In this document: piece after piece, positions 19,669 to 28,006 of the stretch | Layout of the letters: every line of letters starts with the position of its first letter | How positions within the stretch are numbered: the first letter of the stretch is position 1 | Assembly: GCA_965206595.1 (NCBI GenBank) | Contig: OZ242214.1 | Span: forward strand, 2,816,001 to 2,880,000 | Direction of reading: 5' to 3' | From: Candidatus Latescibacterota bacterium | GTDB lineage: Bacteria > Latescibacterota > UBA2968 > UBA8231 | DNA length: 64,000 nucleotides | Notes under the pieces: generated by a model | What the model saw: only the letters and a program-made list of their open reading frames with translations | What the model was told of the DNA's origin: nothing | Database searches by the model: none | Program-made: the position numbers and the translations under genes

Positions 19669-19840
19669 TCGCGGTTCTCCTTTCTACCGCCCTGCCTCAT
19701 TCTGCGAAACCATGCCATCTTTCGTTTCTCCTGGATTTAAAGATCGCACCGGAAACGCGGCTCCGGGTATCACCTGATCAGGTGATTTTTTTTTTCTGGT
19801 CCCCTGATCAGGTGACATCCCTGTCACCCGATCGGTTGAC
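19669..19840 (-). promoter_or_regulatory. Promoter-like segment, copy A, with three 18-bp palindromic sites
   Basis: ATCACCTGATCAGGTGAT (19769-19786, perfect), GTCCCCTGATCAGGTGAC (19799-19816), GTCACCCGATCGGTTGAC (19823-19840); homologous to 23461-23603. Confidence 0.7.
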
Positions 19841-19921
19841 GTTTCCGAAAAACGGGGGATTGGCCGGAAAAAGTCCGGCGCCGTGGGCTCCGCCCCCAGG
19901 AAACCGACTCGACCGCGCTCT

Positions 19922-20150
19922 TTCCTTGATACGACCCCACGAAGCCGACTCCACTGCAGTTTCCAGTCCACCAACAGGGACAAGCAACCCATCGGCAAAC
20001 TGGACCGGCCCATACTCGGAATCGTGGTCTATATGGCCCGGGTAAAAGAAAGATTGCGTCATAACCCCGTTCCTGAGAGTCCTCATCAAACACCGCTACC
20101 ATCAACCCTACAATACCATTCGGCCGCAGTTCCGAGATCATGGTCTTGTC
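19922..20150 (-). pseudogene. 3' remnant of an HxGDRxYP/SWGRIK-family gene
   Basis: Two frames give ISELRPNGIVGLMVAVFDED and FADGLLVPVGGLETAVESASWGRIKE, matching the C-terminus of 21857..22810. Confidence 0.72.
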
Positions 20151-20189
20151 CCTGCTGTCGGGAAGGTGATCGGATTGGAGATCGACGGT

Positions 20190-20455
20190 GATCACTCGTG
20201 GGCGAACGCGTGGTGCTGACGTAGTGCGACAGAGAAGTAATTCCCGTGCCGTCGGTGCGGCAAAGCGACCCGGATACGCCGGGGCGTATTTGACGGTTTT
20301 GAACTGGCTCTCCGAATAGGGGTTATCGTCGGCCGTCCGCGGGCTGCTTTAGCTGGCCAGGATATCGAGATCGACCAGCAGTTGCGAGAAGGTCTTGGCC
20401 GTCATCGGAGCGCCCCGGTCCTGGTGCAGGGTCAGCTGCCCCGGCTCGATGGCTT
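20190..20455 (-). mobile_element. IS3-family transposase (integrase core) remnant
   Basis: Hand translation: IEPGQLTLHQDRGAPMTAKTFSQLLVDLDILAS*SSPRTADDNPYSESQFKTVKYAPAYPGRF, with an internal stop. Confidence 0.78.
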
Positions 20456-20633
20456 GGCCGGAAAACCGGGATGTCGGCTGGCTGGCAAGTTCACAGGATT
20501 CCCCGATCTCGGGTAAACGGCACGGCTATCCAGAGACGGGAGGCACGTCTGGTGGGTAGGGACCCAAATTGACCGGAGCCAAATCTGGTTGCCCTCGTGC
20601 TACAGGACACCGTCTCCAGATCGAACCGTGGCT

Positions 20634-21506
20634 TTATCGATTCGGCCTAGAAACGAAACATAGACTGTCGCCTGTCGGAGCCCAAGCAGGCTGGCGGTCT
20701 TGGCTGCCCATGGTCAATCGGGTGACAGCTGTGCCGTCCGGCGCCATGCGGTAGATGCTGAACAGGCCGTCCCGATTGGACGCAAAAGCGATTTCTCCGT
20801 TGCGGGACCAAGCCGGTTCCCGATCTTCATCGGGGTGGTTCGTCATCCGGGTCACGACCCCGGTTTCCACTTCAAGGACGCAGATTTCAATGTTGCCGTA
20901 ACGATCCGATTCGAAAGCCAGCCGGCGACCGTCCGGGGACCACGTTGCCCGGGCATCATAGGCCGGGTGGTTGGTCAGGTTGCGGAGGTTTTTCCCCGTT
21001 TGATCGGCGAGGAACAGCTCCATGTCGCCCGTGCGGTACGTGGTGAACGCGAAGTGCTGGCCATCGGGGGACCAAGCGGGAAAGATCCCGTCCGGGACCA
21101 TTAGCTCCGGCCCGTTTGCGGCCCCCAGCAGGCCCATGCAGAAAATGTCCCATCCCCCGGCTTCCATTTCACCCCCGAAGGCAATTTCCGCCCCGCCCGG
21201 CTTGGCGGATACCCCGGCCACGCTAATGAAGGGGGAACGTATGGGAATGTTCAGGAGTAAAACCCGAGCCGTGGACACTAGATGGAAGGCGTTCACCCTG
21301 CTCGTATGGGCAACGTACAAGACGCCCCGTCCGTCCGGCATCCAGCAGGGCATGTCCGTGCTGTCCACCACCGAAACGCGCCTGGGAGAACCCCTGTCCT
21401 GGGAAAGAACGAATACGCTTCCCCCGCGGTCATGGGCTGTCGCAGGAGGGCCATCGGCTAGCAACATTACAAGCAGCAGGAAGCCGGCCAAGATCGAAGG
21501 GCTCAT
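20634..21506 (-). CDS. Secreted TolB-like beta-propeller (PD40 repeats)
   Basis: Signal peptide; repeats PAWSPDG, ATWSPDG, PAWSRNG, FASNRDG. Confidence 0.82.
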   Translation of the reverse strand: MSPSILAGFLLLVMLLADGPPATAHDRGGSVFVLSQDRGSPRRVSVVDSTDMPCWMPDGRGVLYVAHTSRVNAFHLVSTARVLLLNIPIRSPFISVAGVSAKPGGAEIAFGGEMEAGGWDIFCMGLLGAANGPELMVPDGIFPAWSPDGQHFAFTTYRTGDMELFLADQTGKNLRNLTNHPAYDARATWSPDGRRLAFESDRYGNIEICVLEVETGVVTRMTNHPDEDREPAWSRNGEIAFASNRDGLFSIYRMAPDGTAVTRLTMGSQDRQPAWAPTGDSLCFVSRPNR

Positions 21507-21508
21507 GC

Positions 21509-21740
21509 CTTACTCCTCCTGCAAGGCGGCTTATTCCACGCCCCTGGATACGGATTCCACCGCGCTGTCTTCGCCTTCGCCTGATTCTACACTCCCGTCA
21601 GGACCCAGCAAAAGGCCGTCAATATAGCGGTCCCGGGTCAGCGAAAACGTCCGGCATCCCAAGCGTCCACGGCAGTCCTGGCTTCCTCCCCTTGGGTAGC
21701 AGTCGTAAATAACCACGTGGAAACCGATTACCTTATAATC
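21509..21740 (-). pseudogene. Degenerate 3' remnant of an SWGRIK-family gene
   Basis: KVIGFHVVIYDCYP...DRYIDGLLLGPDG...SAVESVSRG, then a disrupted stretch, then AALQEE* as expected for SWGRIKAALQEE. Confidence 0.6.
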
Positions 21741-21856
21741 CTCGAATGCCCGACGCATCCAAGACAGGTAGGGCTGGGTGTTGGATAAATCAAAGATACG
21801 GGCCCTTACCGAAACGGTCGGCTCTTTCTTAAAGGGATGGCCAAACCCTCCCTTGG

Positions 21857-22810
21857 CTACTCCATCTCCAAGGAGGCTTTGATTCGCCCCCAAGAATTCG
21901 ACGAGATCGCAGAGACTTCCGGTTCGTCCAATTCGGGCAGCAGAATACCATCGAAAAAACGATCCGCTTTATAGCCCAATATAGTAAAGAAGGTATCCCA
22001 GTCTGTGTCAGAAGTGGCTTCGGGACTCCACTGCATCCAGGAATTATCAGGTGGGTCATAATCATGCACTGCAATCGTAAAGCCGACGATCTGACCGGCA
22101 GCCAGATCGCTGATCACGGCTCCCTCGACGCTATCCCACGCATCACCCTTCTGGTCGAATGGCGTAACATAAAGCTCGATCACGCTGATAAAGGGAGCTT
22201 CTCCTGCTACCCCACCACCGCCGTCCCCATAGGGAGGCAACGCTGTCCAGGCAAACGAATCGGTATAAAACCTGGTGCCAAAGTCATCCAAGTTCGGACC
22301 GTTGGTATGGGCAATGGCTGCATATCTCTGAGTTCGTCCAGAGAGATCCAGCCACTCCTCCTCTGAGCAACTAGAACAGCCAGCACTCCCACTATGATCG
22401 CCGTCGAATGCCAGCATGATGCTGTCATAGTTATACATATTATCCCGTGAGGATGTGGCCCAATCCACGTTGTAATCGTGTCCGTTCTTGTATACGTCAT
22501 CGCTGGCCACAAAAGCCACATATAACCGTGCTGGTTCGTCGTGCCAGGCCAGCCAGATGCGGAAGTCAAGGTCGGCAGGATCAGGTGCCGAACCTTCATT
22601 TTCTTCCGTGAAATCCAGCAGGGTCATGGTGGGTTCGCCGACCAACTCGTACCACTCGTCCACCGACCCGTCGTCGAGCCGGATCTCCTCGAGCATCTCG
22701 TCGCTGAGGTAGGCGATCGGGTACACACGATCACCCACATGGGCACCGAATGGCACTGTCAGCGGGAGAAGGAGGCCCAGAGCCAATAGAGAACGACCGA
22801 TAGGGACCAT
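21857..22810 (-). CDS. Secreted acidic protein (CBM9/DOMON-like, tentative) with C-terminal SWGRIK motif
   Basis: Signal peptide, HVGDRVYPI, DGSVDEW, DLDFRIWLAW, DGDHSG, PPYGDGGG, ELYVTPFD, FFDGILL, SWGRIKASL. Confidence 0.75.
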   Translation of the reverse strand: MVPIGRSLLALGLLLPLTVPFGAHVGDRVYPIAYLSDEMLEEIRLDDGSVDEWYELVGEPTMTLLDFTEENEGSAPDPADLDFRIWLAWHDEPARLYVAFVASDDVYKNGHDYNVDWATSSRDNMYNYDSIMLAFDGDHSGSAGCSSCSEEEWLDLSGRTQRYAAIAHTNGPNLDDFGTRFYTDSFAWTALPPYGDGGGGVAGEAPFISVIELYVTPFDQKGDAWDSVEGAVISDLAAGQIVGFTIAVHDYDPPDNSWMQWSPEATSDTDWDTFFTILGYKADRFFDGILLPELDEPEVSAISSNSWGRIKASLEME

Positions 22811-22844
22811 CGTTTTATCATCACTTCCGTTTTATCATCACTTC
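22811..22844. repeat. 17-bp perfect tandem duplication upstream of a start codon
   Basis: CGTTTTATCATCACTTC x2. Confidence 0.9.
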
Positions 22845-22925
22845 AAGTCAACCAAATGGAGGACCGCTTTCATGGCCAACCTAAGCTTAGTTAGGGCAAA
22901 GGGCAACCCATAAATGCACCTTCCA

Positions 22926-22978
22926 CCGGACGGACGAGCACTCCACGCAAAAATGGGCATGGAGACTCGTCCGTCGGG
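22926..22978 (-). terminator. Stem-loop between peptide gene and partner gene
   Basis: GACGGACGAG..CTCCA / TGGAG.CTCGTCCGTC arms; no clear U-tract. Confidence 0.5.
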
Positions 22979-23012
22979 GGTAGACCTTGGTGCCTGAGGT
23001 CCCTTCAGGGTT

Positions 23013-23204
23013 TTAGTGCGAGCACTTGCAATGTCCCTCATCGCAATCGTGCCATTCTGAGCTTCCGTGTCCTGCTTGGGAACACGCATAGGCGCAAGCC
23101 CCAGACGAACTGGCGGTGGTGGTGAACGAATGTGCGCTCAACATGAACGCAGTGCCAAAGGAAACCACCGCCAAAACGGTGAGAAACACTCTGAGCTGTC
23201 GCAT
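23013..23204 (-). CDS. Secreted defensin-like Cys-rich peptide (63 aa)
   Basis: AAGGAG RBS; signal peptide MRQLRVFLTVLAVVSFGTAFMLSAHS; core ACAYACSQAGHGSSEWHDCDEGHCKCSH with CxxxC...CxC. Confidence 0.72.
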   Translation of the reverse strand: MRQLRVFLTVLAVVSFGTAFMLSAHSFTTTASSSGACAYACSQAGHGSSEWHDCDEGHCKCSH

Positions 23205-23460
23205 GTCTTGCTCCTTTTTCCCCGATTTTAGTTTGCCTGAACTTGACCTGTACCGGGAAACCAAGCCATTCAGGTACGAGAGGAGAAATCAATGACATGA
23301 TCTGGATACCTCTGGGCGCCGATTTGGTTTGTCTAAGGGGCACCAAGCGCTTGCGATTTTCCAGAGAAAAGGTGATCCATACTGCCGATTGTTTGCGCCA
23401 AGTCATCCCTGCCAATCCCCAGATGCTTTCCTTGGGGGCACGGGGGCAGCAACGTCGTCC

Positions 23461-23603
23461 TCGCGGTTTCCTTCTCCTTTCTCCCGCCCTGGGCTCATTC
23501 CCAAACCATGCCATCTTTCGTTCGTCCTGGATTTAAGATCGCACCGAAATGGCGGCTTCGGTATCACCCGATCGGGTGATTTTTTATACCCTGATCAGGG
23601 TAT
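23461..23603 (-). promoter_or_regulatory. Promoter-like segment, copy B, with two perfect 18-bp palindromes
   Basis: ATCACCCGATCGGGTGAT (23563-23580) and ATACCCTGATCAGGGTAT (23586-23603); shares AAACCATGCCATCTTTCGTT and CCTGGATTTAA(A)GATCGCACC with copy A. Confidence 0.7.
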
Positions 23604-23703
23604 TTTGCCGGAAAAAGCCGGTTTTTTGCCGAAAATTGGCCGGCTTGGAAGAGGTTTGGAGTGGGTGGAAAATCCCGGGGAGACCGGACTGTCCTGACGG
23701 GAG

Positions 23704-24333
23704 CTACAGCGAGGTAAGCCCGGTACTGACCGCGTACTTGGTCAAGGCCGCCACGTTGTGCCGGTCGAGCTTCTTCATGATGTGCTTCCGGTGCGTGTGG
23801 ACGGTGTTCACGCTGAGGTTCAGTTGCCTGGCAATTTGCCGTGTGGTCAGCCCATCGCTGATGAGCCGAACTACCTCGCGCTCCTGCTCGCTCAGCTCTG
23901 GATGTCCGGCAAGGGCCTTCACCTGGTCGTACACGGCGCCGGCCAACTCCGGGCTCAAGTAGGTGCGGCCGGCCAGGGCAGCCCTCACCGCCCGCAGCAA
24001 CTCGGACGCCGCCGCCCCTTTCACCACGTACCCCGAGGCCCCCGCCTCCAGCATGCCGGCGACGTACTGCTGGTCGGCGTGCACCGACAGGGCCACCACC
24101 TTCACCTCCGGGGCCTGGCCGAGGACCTGGCGCGTCGCCTCGATTCCGCTCAGGTCGGGCAGGGATACGTCCATGACCACGATGTCCGGCCGGCAGGCCG
24201 AGGCCAGCTCCACCGCAGTGCGCGCGTCCCCGGCTTCGCCCACCACCTCGAACTCCTCGTCCTGCGCGAACAGGGTGCGCAACCCGTCGCGCACCAGCTC
24301 GTGATCGTCCACCAGCAAGACGCGGGTCGTCAT
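23704..24333 (-). CDS. NarL/FixJ-family response regulator (REC + LuxR HTH)
   Basis: LLVDDH, VMDVSLP, LSEQEREVV...IARQLNLSVNTVHTHRKHIMKKL; ATGA overlap with the kinase. Confidence 0.92.
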   Translation of the reverse strand: MTTRVLLVDDHELVRDGLRTLFAQDEEFEVVGEAGDARTAVELASACRPDIVVMDVSLPDLSGIEATRQVLGQAPEVKVVALSVHADQQYVAGMLEAGASGYVVKGAAASELLRAVRAALAGRTYLSPELAGAVYDQVKALAGHPELSEQEREVVRLISDGLTTRQIARQLNLSVNTVHTHRKHIMKKLDRHNVAALTKYAVSTGLTSL

Positions 24334-25424
24334 CGGGAGTTCTCCTTTCGCTCCAGCGCCGAGGAAGGGACCGCCAGCACGCAGCGCGTCCCCTGCCCCG
24401 GCGCCGATTCGATGTCGAAGGAACCGCCGGCCTGACTCAGGCATTCGCCGATGCTGAACAGGCCGAAACCCAAGCGCTGCCGGGCACCATCCGGAGAGGG
24501 CTCGAAGCCCTGGCCGCGGTCGGCGACCGCCAGGCTCAGTTGCGTCTCGTCGCGGCGCAGGGAGACTACGGCCGCGTCGGTGCCGGCGTGGCGGGAGACG
24601 TTGAGCAACAGCTCGCGAAGGCAGCGGAACAACGTAGCGCGCAGACCCTCATCCGCCACCTCACAGTCCCCCTCGCTTTCCAGACGCACCCGCAACCCGT
24701 GCTCCTGTTCGAGTTTGCCGGCGAGCCACCGCAGGCCGGCCACCAGCCCGAAGTCGTGGAGCACGGGCGGACTGAGCTCGAAGATGAGGGTGCGCAGTTC
24801 TCCGTCCATCCGGTCGAGCAGACCCTGCAGGTCGTCGAGCATGGCCTGCCGCTCCTCCTCCTCCGCCTGCCGCAGCACTCCGATTTTCATCTGCGACGCG
24901 GCCAGGGTCTGGCCGACGCGGTCGTGCAGGCCGACGGCGATGCGCCGCCGCTCGCGGTCTTCGATGGCGACGAACCCGGCCGTCATGGAGCGCACCTGTT
25001 CGTAGTATTGGCGCAGTTCCTTTTCCATGCGCTTGCGCTCGCTGATGTCGCGGACGATGCCCTGGTAGCCGCTGACACTGCCGTCGGGGGCGCGCCGCAC
25101 TACGGTGGTCAACAGACAGTCGAGCCGGCGCCCGTCGCGGGTGACGAAGACGACCTCGAAGTCGCGGACGAACCCGTCGCGCTCGACCTGCTCCTGGTAG
25201 CGGGCGCGGTCTTCGGGATCGGCGTAGACGGAGCGGATGTTCATGCCGAGGAACTCGGCATGGGGCCAGGCGAACAGCTCGCTGGCCGCGTGGTTGGCGT
25301 CGAGGATGGTCCCGTCGCGGGCTATGATCGCCATGGCGTCGTGGCACTCCTCGAACAGCTCGCGGTACTCCTCCGCGTTCAGCCGCCCGCTCCCCTTGCT
25401 CTGCTGTTGCTGCTGCTCGCTCAT
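24330..25424 (-). CDS. Cytoplasmic PAS-domain histidine kinase (HisKA_3)
   Basis: PAS/PAC ending GIVRDISERK; ERRRIAVGLHDRVGQ; ELLLNVSRHA; DRGQGF; GFGLFSI; no transmembrane segment. Confidence 0.9.
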   Translation of the reverse strand: MSEQQQQQSKGSGRLNAEEYRELFEECHDAMAIIARDGTILDANHAASELFAWPHAEFLGMNIRSVYADPEDRARYQEQVERDGFVRDFEVVFVTRDGRRLDCLLTTVVRRAPDGSVSGYQGIVRDISERKRMEKELRQYYEQVRSMTAGFVAIEDRERRRIAVGLHDRVGQTLAASQMKIGVLRQAEEEERQAMLDDLQGLLDRMDGELRTLIFELSPPVLHDFGLVAGLRWLAGKLEQEHGLRVRLESEGDCEVADEGLRATLFRCLRELLLNVSRHAGTDAAVVSLRRDETQLSLAVADRGQGFEPSPDGARQRLGFGLFSIGECLSQAGGSFDIESAPGQGTRCVLAVPSSALERKENSR

Positions 25425-25493
25425 ACGGGTCGTGTCCCAGGTTGAGTTGTGATATCCCGGCCCCCGGAATGCCGGAAATGTTGGGAATAGCCT

Positions 25494-26975
25494 TCAGTCG
25501 GGCCAGCGCGCCAGCACCGTCTTCTGCCGGGTGTAGAACAGCACCCCCTCGCTCCCCTGGACGTGCAGGTCCCCGAAGAACGACTGGTCCCAGCCGGAGA
25601 AGGAGAACAGGGCCATCGGCGCCGGCACCCCGAGGTTGATGCCGATCATGCCGCACTCGGCCTCGCGGGCGAAGCGGCGCGCCGCCGCCCCGTCGCGGGT
25701 GAAGATGGTGGCGGCGTTGCCGAACGGGATGCGGTTGACCCAGGCGATCGCCTCGTCGATGGACGACGGCCGCATCATCCCGAGCACCGGGCCGAACAGC
25801 TCCTCGCTGAACACCTTGTGGGCGGGGGTCACCCGGTCGAGCAGGGTGGGGCCGACGAAGAACCCCTCCCCGGGGATGCCCTCGCGGCCGTCGCGGGCCA
25901 CCTCGAGCTCCTGGTCCGGCGCCTCCTCGATGCAGCGGAACAGCCGCTGCCGGGCGGCCGGGTCGATCACCGGCCCCATGCCGGCGCCGCGGTCGGCCAG
26001 GGTGTCGCCGACCTCGAGGCCGTCCATGGCCGCCAGGACCTGCTCGCGCAGCGGCTCGGCCCCCTTGCCGACGCCCATCAGCAGGGAGCCGGCCATGCAG
26101 CGCTGCCCGGCGCAGCCGAAGGCCGAGCCCATGATCGCGTCAATCGTCGCGTTCCCGGCCAGGGCCTCCCCGAGGAGCCCGCTCTCGACCGCGTCCGGCA
26201 TCGCCAGCAGCACGTTCTTGGCGCCGCCGGCCGACTGCACCCGCTTGCCGTGCCGGGCGGCCAGCTCGTACACCCGGCCGGCGACCCCGGAGGAACCGAC
26301 GAAGCTGACCGCGGCGATTTCCGGGTGCACGCACAGGGCCTCGACCACCTCCCTGCCGCCGTGGACGACGTTGAAAACCCCGGGCGGCAGGCCGGCCTCG
26401 AGGAACAGCTCGGCGAGGCGATTGGCGGTGAGCGGCACCTTCTCGCTCGGCTTGAGGACGAAGCTGTTGCCGCAGGCGATCGCCAGGGGGTACATCCACA
26501 TCGGCACCATGGCCGGGAAGTTGAACGGCGTTATGCCGGCGCAGACCCCGACCGGCTCGCGCGTCGCCCAGCCGTCGATGCCGCGCGCCAGCTCCGGCAG
26601 AATCTCCCCCTTGGCGAGATGGCCGACGCCGCAGGCGAACTCGACGACCTCGATGCCGCGGCGGACGTCCCCCCGGGCCTCCTCGCGGGTCTTGCCGTTC
26701 TCGCGCACGACCAGGCGGGCAAGTTCCTCGAAGCGCGCCTCGAGCAGCTCGCGGTAGCGGAACAGCACCCGGGCCCGGTCAGGAGCCGGGGTCCGCGCCC
26801 AGCCGGGGAAGGCCTCCCGGGCCGTGCGGACGGCGATGTCGACCTCCCGGGCCGTGCACTGGGGAGCGCGCGCGATCACGGCGCCGCTCGAGGGCTGGTG
26901 GACGGGGGTGGACTCGGCCGTCTCGGGCTCGGTCCACCGGTCCCCGATCAGTATCGGAACGACGGGGGCTGCCAT
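25494..26975 (-). CDS. mmsA: CoA-acylating methylmalonate-semialdehyde dehydrogenase
   Basis: ITPFNFPAMVPMW, LKPSEKVP, GGAKN, AFGCAGQRCMA, EELFGP, SFFGDLH. Confidence 0.88.
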   Translation of the reverse strand: MAAPVVPILIGDRWTEPETAESTPVHQPSSGAVIARAPQCTAREVDIAVRTAREAFPGWARTPAPDRARVLFRYRELLEARFEELARLVVRENGKTREEARGDVRRGIEVVEFACGVGHLAKGEILPELARGIDGWATREPVGVCAGITPFNFPAMVPMWMYPLAIACGNSFVLKPSEKVPLTANRLAELFLEAGLPPGVFNVVHGGREVVEALCVHPEIAAVSFVGSSGVAGRVYELAARHGKRVQSAGGAKNVLLAMPDAVESGLLGEALAGNATIDAIMGSAFGCAGQRCMAGSLLMGVGKGAEPLREQVLAAMDGLEVGDTLADRGAGMGPVIDPAARQRLFRCIEEAPDQELEVARDGREGIPGEGFFVGPTLLDRVTPAHKVFSEELFGPVLGMMRPSSIDEAIAWVNRIPFGNAATIFTRDGAAARRFAREAECGMIGINLGVPAPMALFSFSGWDQSFFGDLHVQGSEGVLFYTRQKTVLARWPD

Positions 26976-27000
26976 GAGTAGCTCCGTTTCCTGCCGGCGC

Positions 27001-27891
27001 TCAGCCGGGCCCGGCGGCCCGCCTGGCGGCGAGAATGGTGTTGAAAAGCAGCATCGCGATCGTCATCGGCCCCACCCCTCCCGGGACCGGGGTGATGGCG
27101 CTCGCCTTCCTGCTGACGCGGTCGAAGTCGACGTTGCCGACCAGGCGATAGCCGCTTCTGCGGGTGGAATCCCTGATGCGCACCACCCCGACGTCGATCA
27201 CCACGGCGCCCTCGGCGACCATGTCCTCGGTAATGATGCGGGGGCGGTCGGCCGCGGCGATCAGGATGTCGGCGGCGCGGGTGTGGGCGCCGATGTCGCG
27301 GGTGCCGGTGTGGCAGATCGTCACCGTGGCGTTGGCCCCTTCCCCTTTCTGCGCCAGCATGTTGGCCAGCGGCCTGCCGACCAGGGTGCTGCGCCCCACG
27401 ACGACGACGTGCTTTCCCGCGGCCTCGATGCCGCTGCGCCTCAGCATCTGCACCACCCCGTGCGGGGTGCAGGGGAGGAAGCCTGATTCCTGGCGCACCA
27501 TACGGCCGAGGTTCACCGGGTGCAGGCCGTCGACGTCCTTGCCGGGATCGACGGCGTTGAGGACGAGGCTCTCGTCCAGGCCTTGCGGCAGGGGCAGCTG
27601 CACGAGGATTCCGTGGACCGCCTCGTCGGCGTTGAGGGCGGCGATCAATTCCAGCAGCTCCTCCTGCGGGACGCCGCCGGGAAGCCGGTGCTCGCGCGAG
27701 TCGATGGCGATCTTCCCGCAGGCGCGGCGCTTCCCCTTGACGTAGGAGAGGGACGCCGGGTCGTCCCCGGCCAGCACCACCGCCAGCCCCGGGACGAGGC
27801 CGTGCCACACCCGGAGAGCGGCAACCTCCCGCCGCATCTTCTCCCGCATCCCCGCGGCTATCTCGTTTCCGTCCAGGATTCGCGCAGTCAT
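27001..27891 (-). CDS. folD: Bifunctional methylene-THF dehydrogenase/cyclohydrolase
   Basis: GILVQLPLP, KDVDGLHPVN, PCTPHG, VGRSTLVGRP, TPVPGGVGPMTIA. Confidence 0.95.
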   Translation of the reverse strand: MTARILDGNEIAAGMREKMRREVAALRVWHGLVPGLAVVLAGDDPASLSYVKGKRRACGKIAIDSREHRLPGGVPQEELLELIAALNADEAVHGILVQLPLPQGLDESLVLNAVDPGKDVDGLHPVNLGRMVRQESGFLPCTPHGVVQMLRRSGIEAAGKHVVVVGRSTLVGRPLANMLAQKGEGANATVTICHTGTRDIGAHTRAADILIAAADRPRIITEDMVAEGAVVIDVGVVRIRDSTRRSGYRLVGNVDFDRVSRKASAITPVPGGVGPMTIAMLLFNTILAARRAAGPG

Positions 27892-28006
27892 CAGGTTATC
27901 GGCGGGCTGTAGTATATCGCAGGCATCGGGAAACTATCGGTTGGCTGTACTCGATTCCGGCGGCACCGGTCATCGCCCGGCCGCGGCCACCGCCGGCAAG
28001 CGGCCG

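Noticed and set aside
23013-23204. Lanthipeptide, sactipeptide or ranthipeptide interpretation of the Cys-rich peptides
   Set aside because: They have Sec-type signal peptides and there is no LanB/C/M, YcaO, radical SAM or peptidase-ABC exporter nearby.
27892-28006. Folate/ZTP riboswitch upstream of folD
   Set aside because: No recognisable consensus; only a TATACT-like -10 element close to the start.
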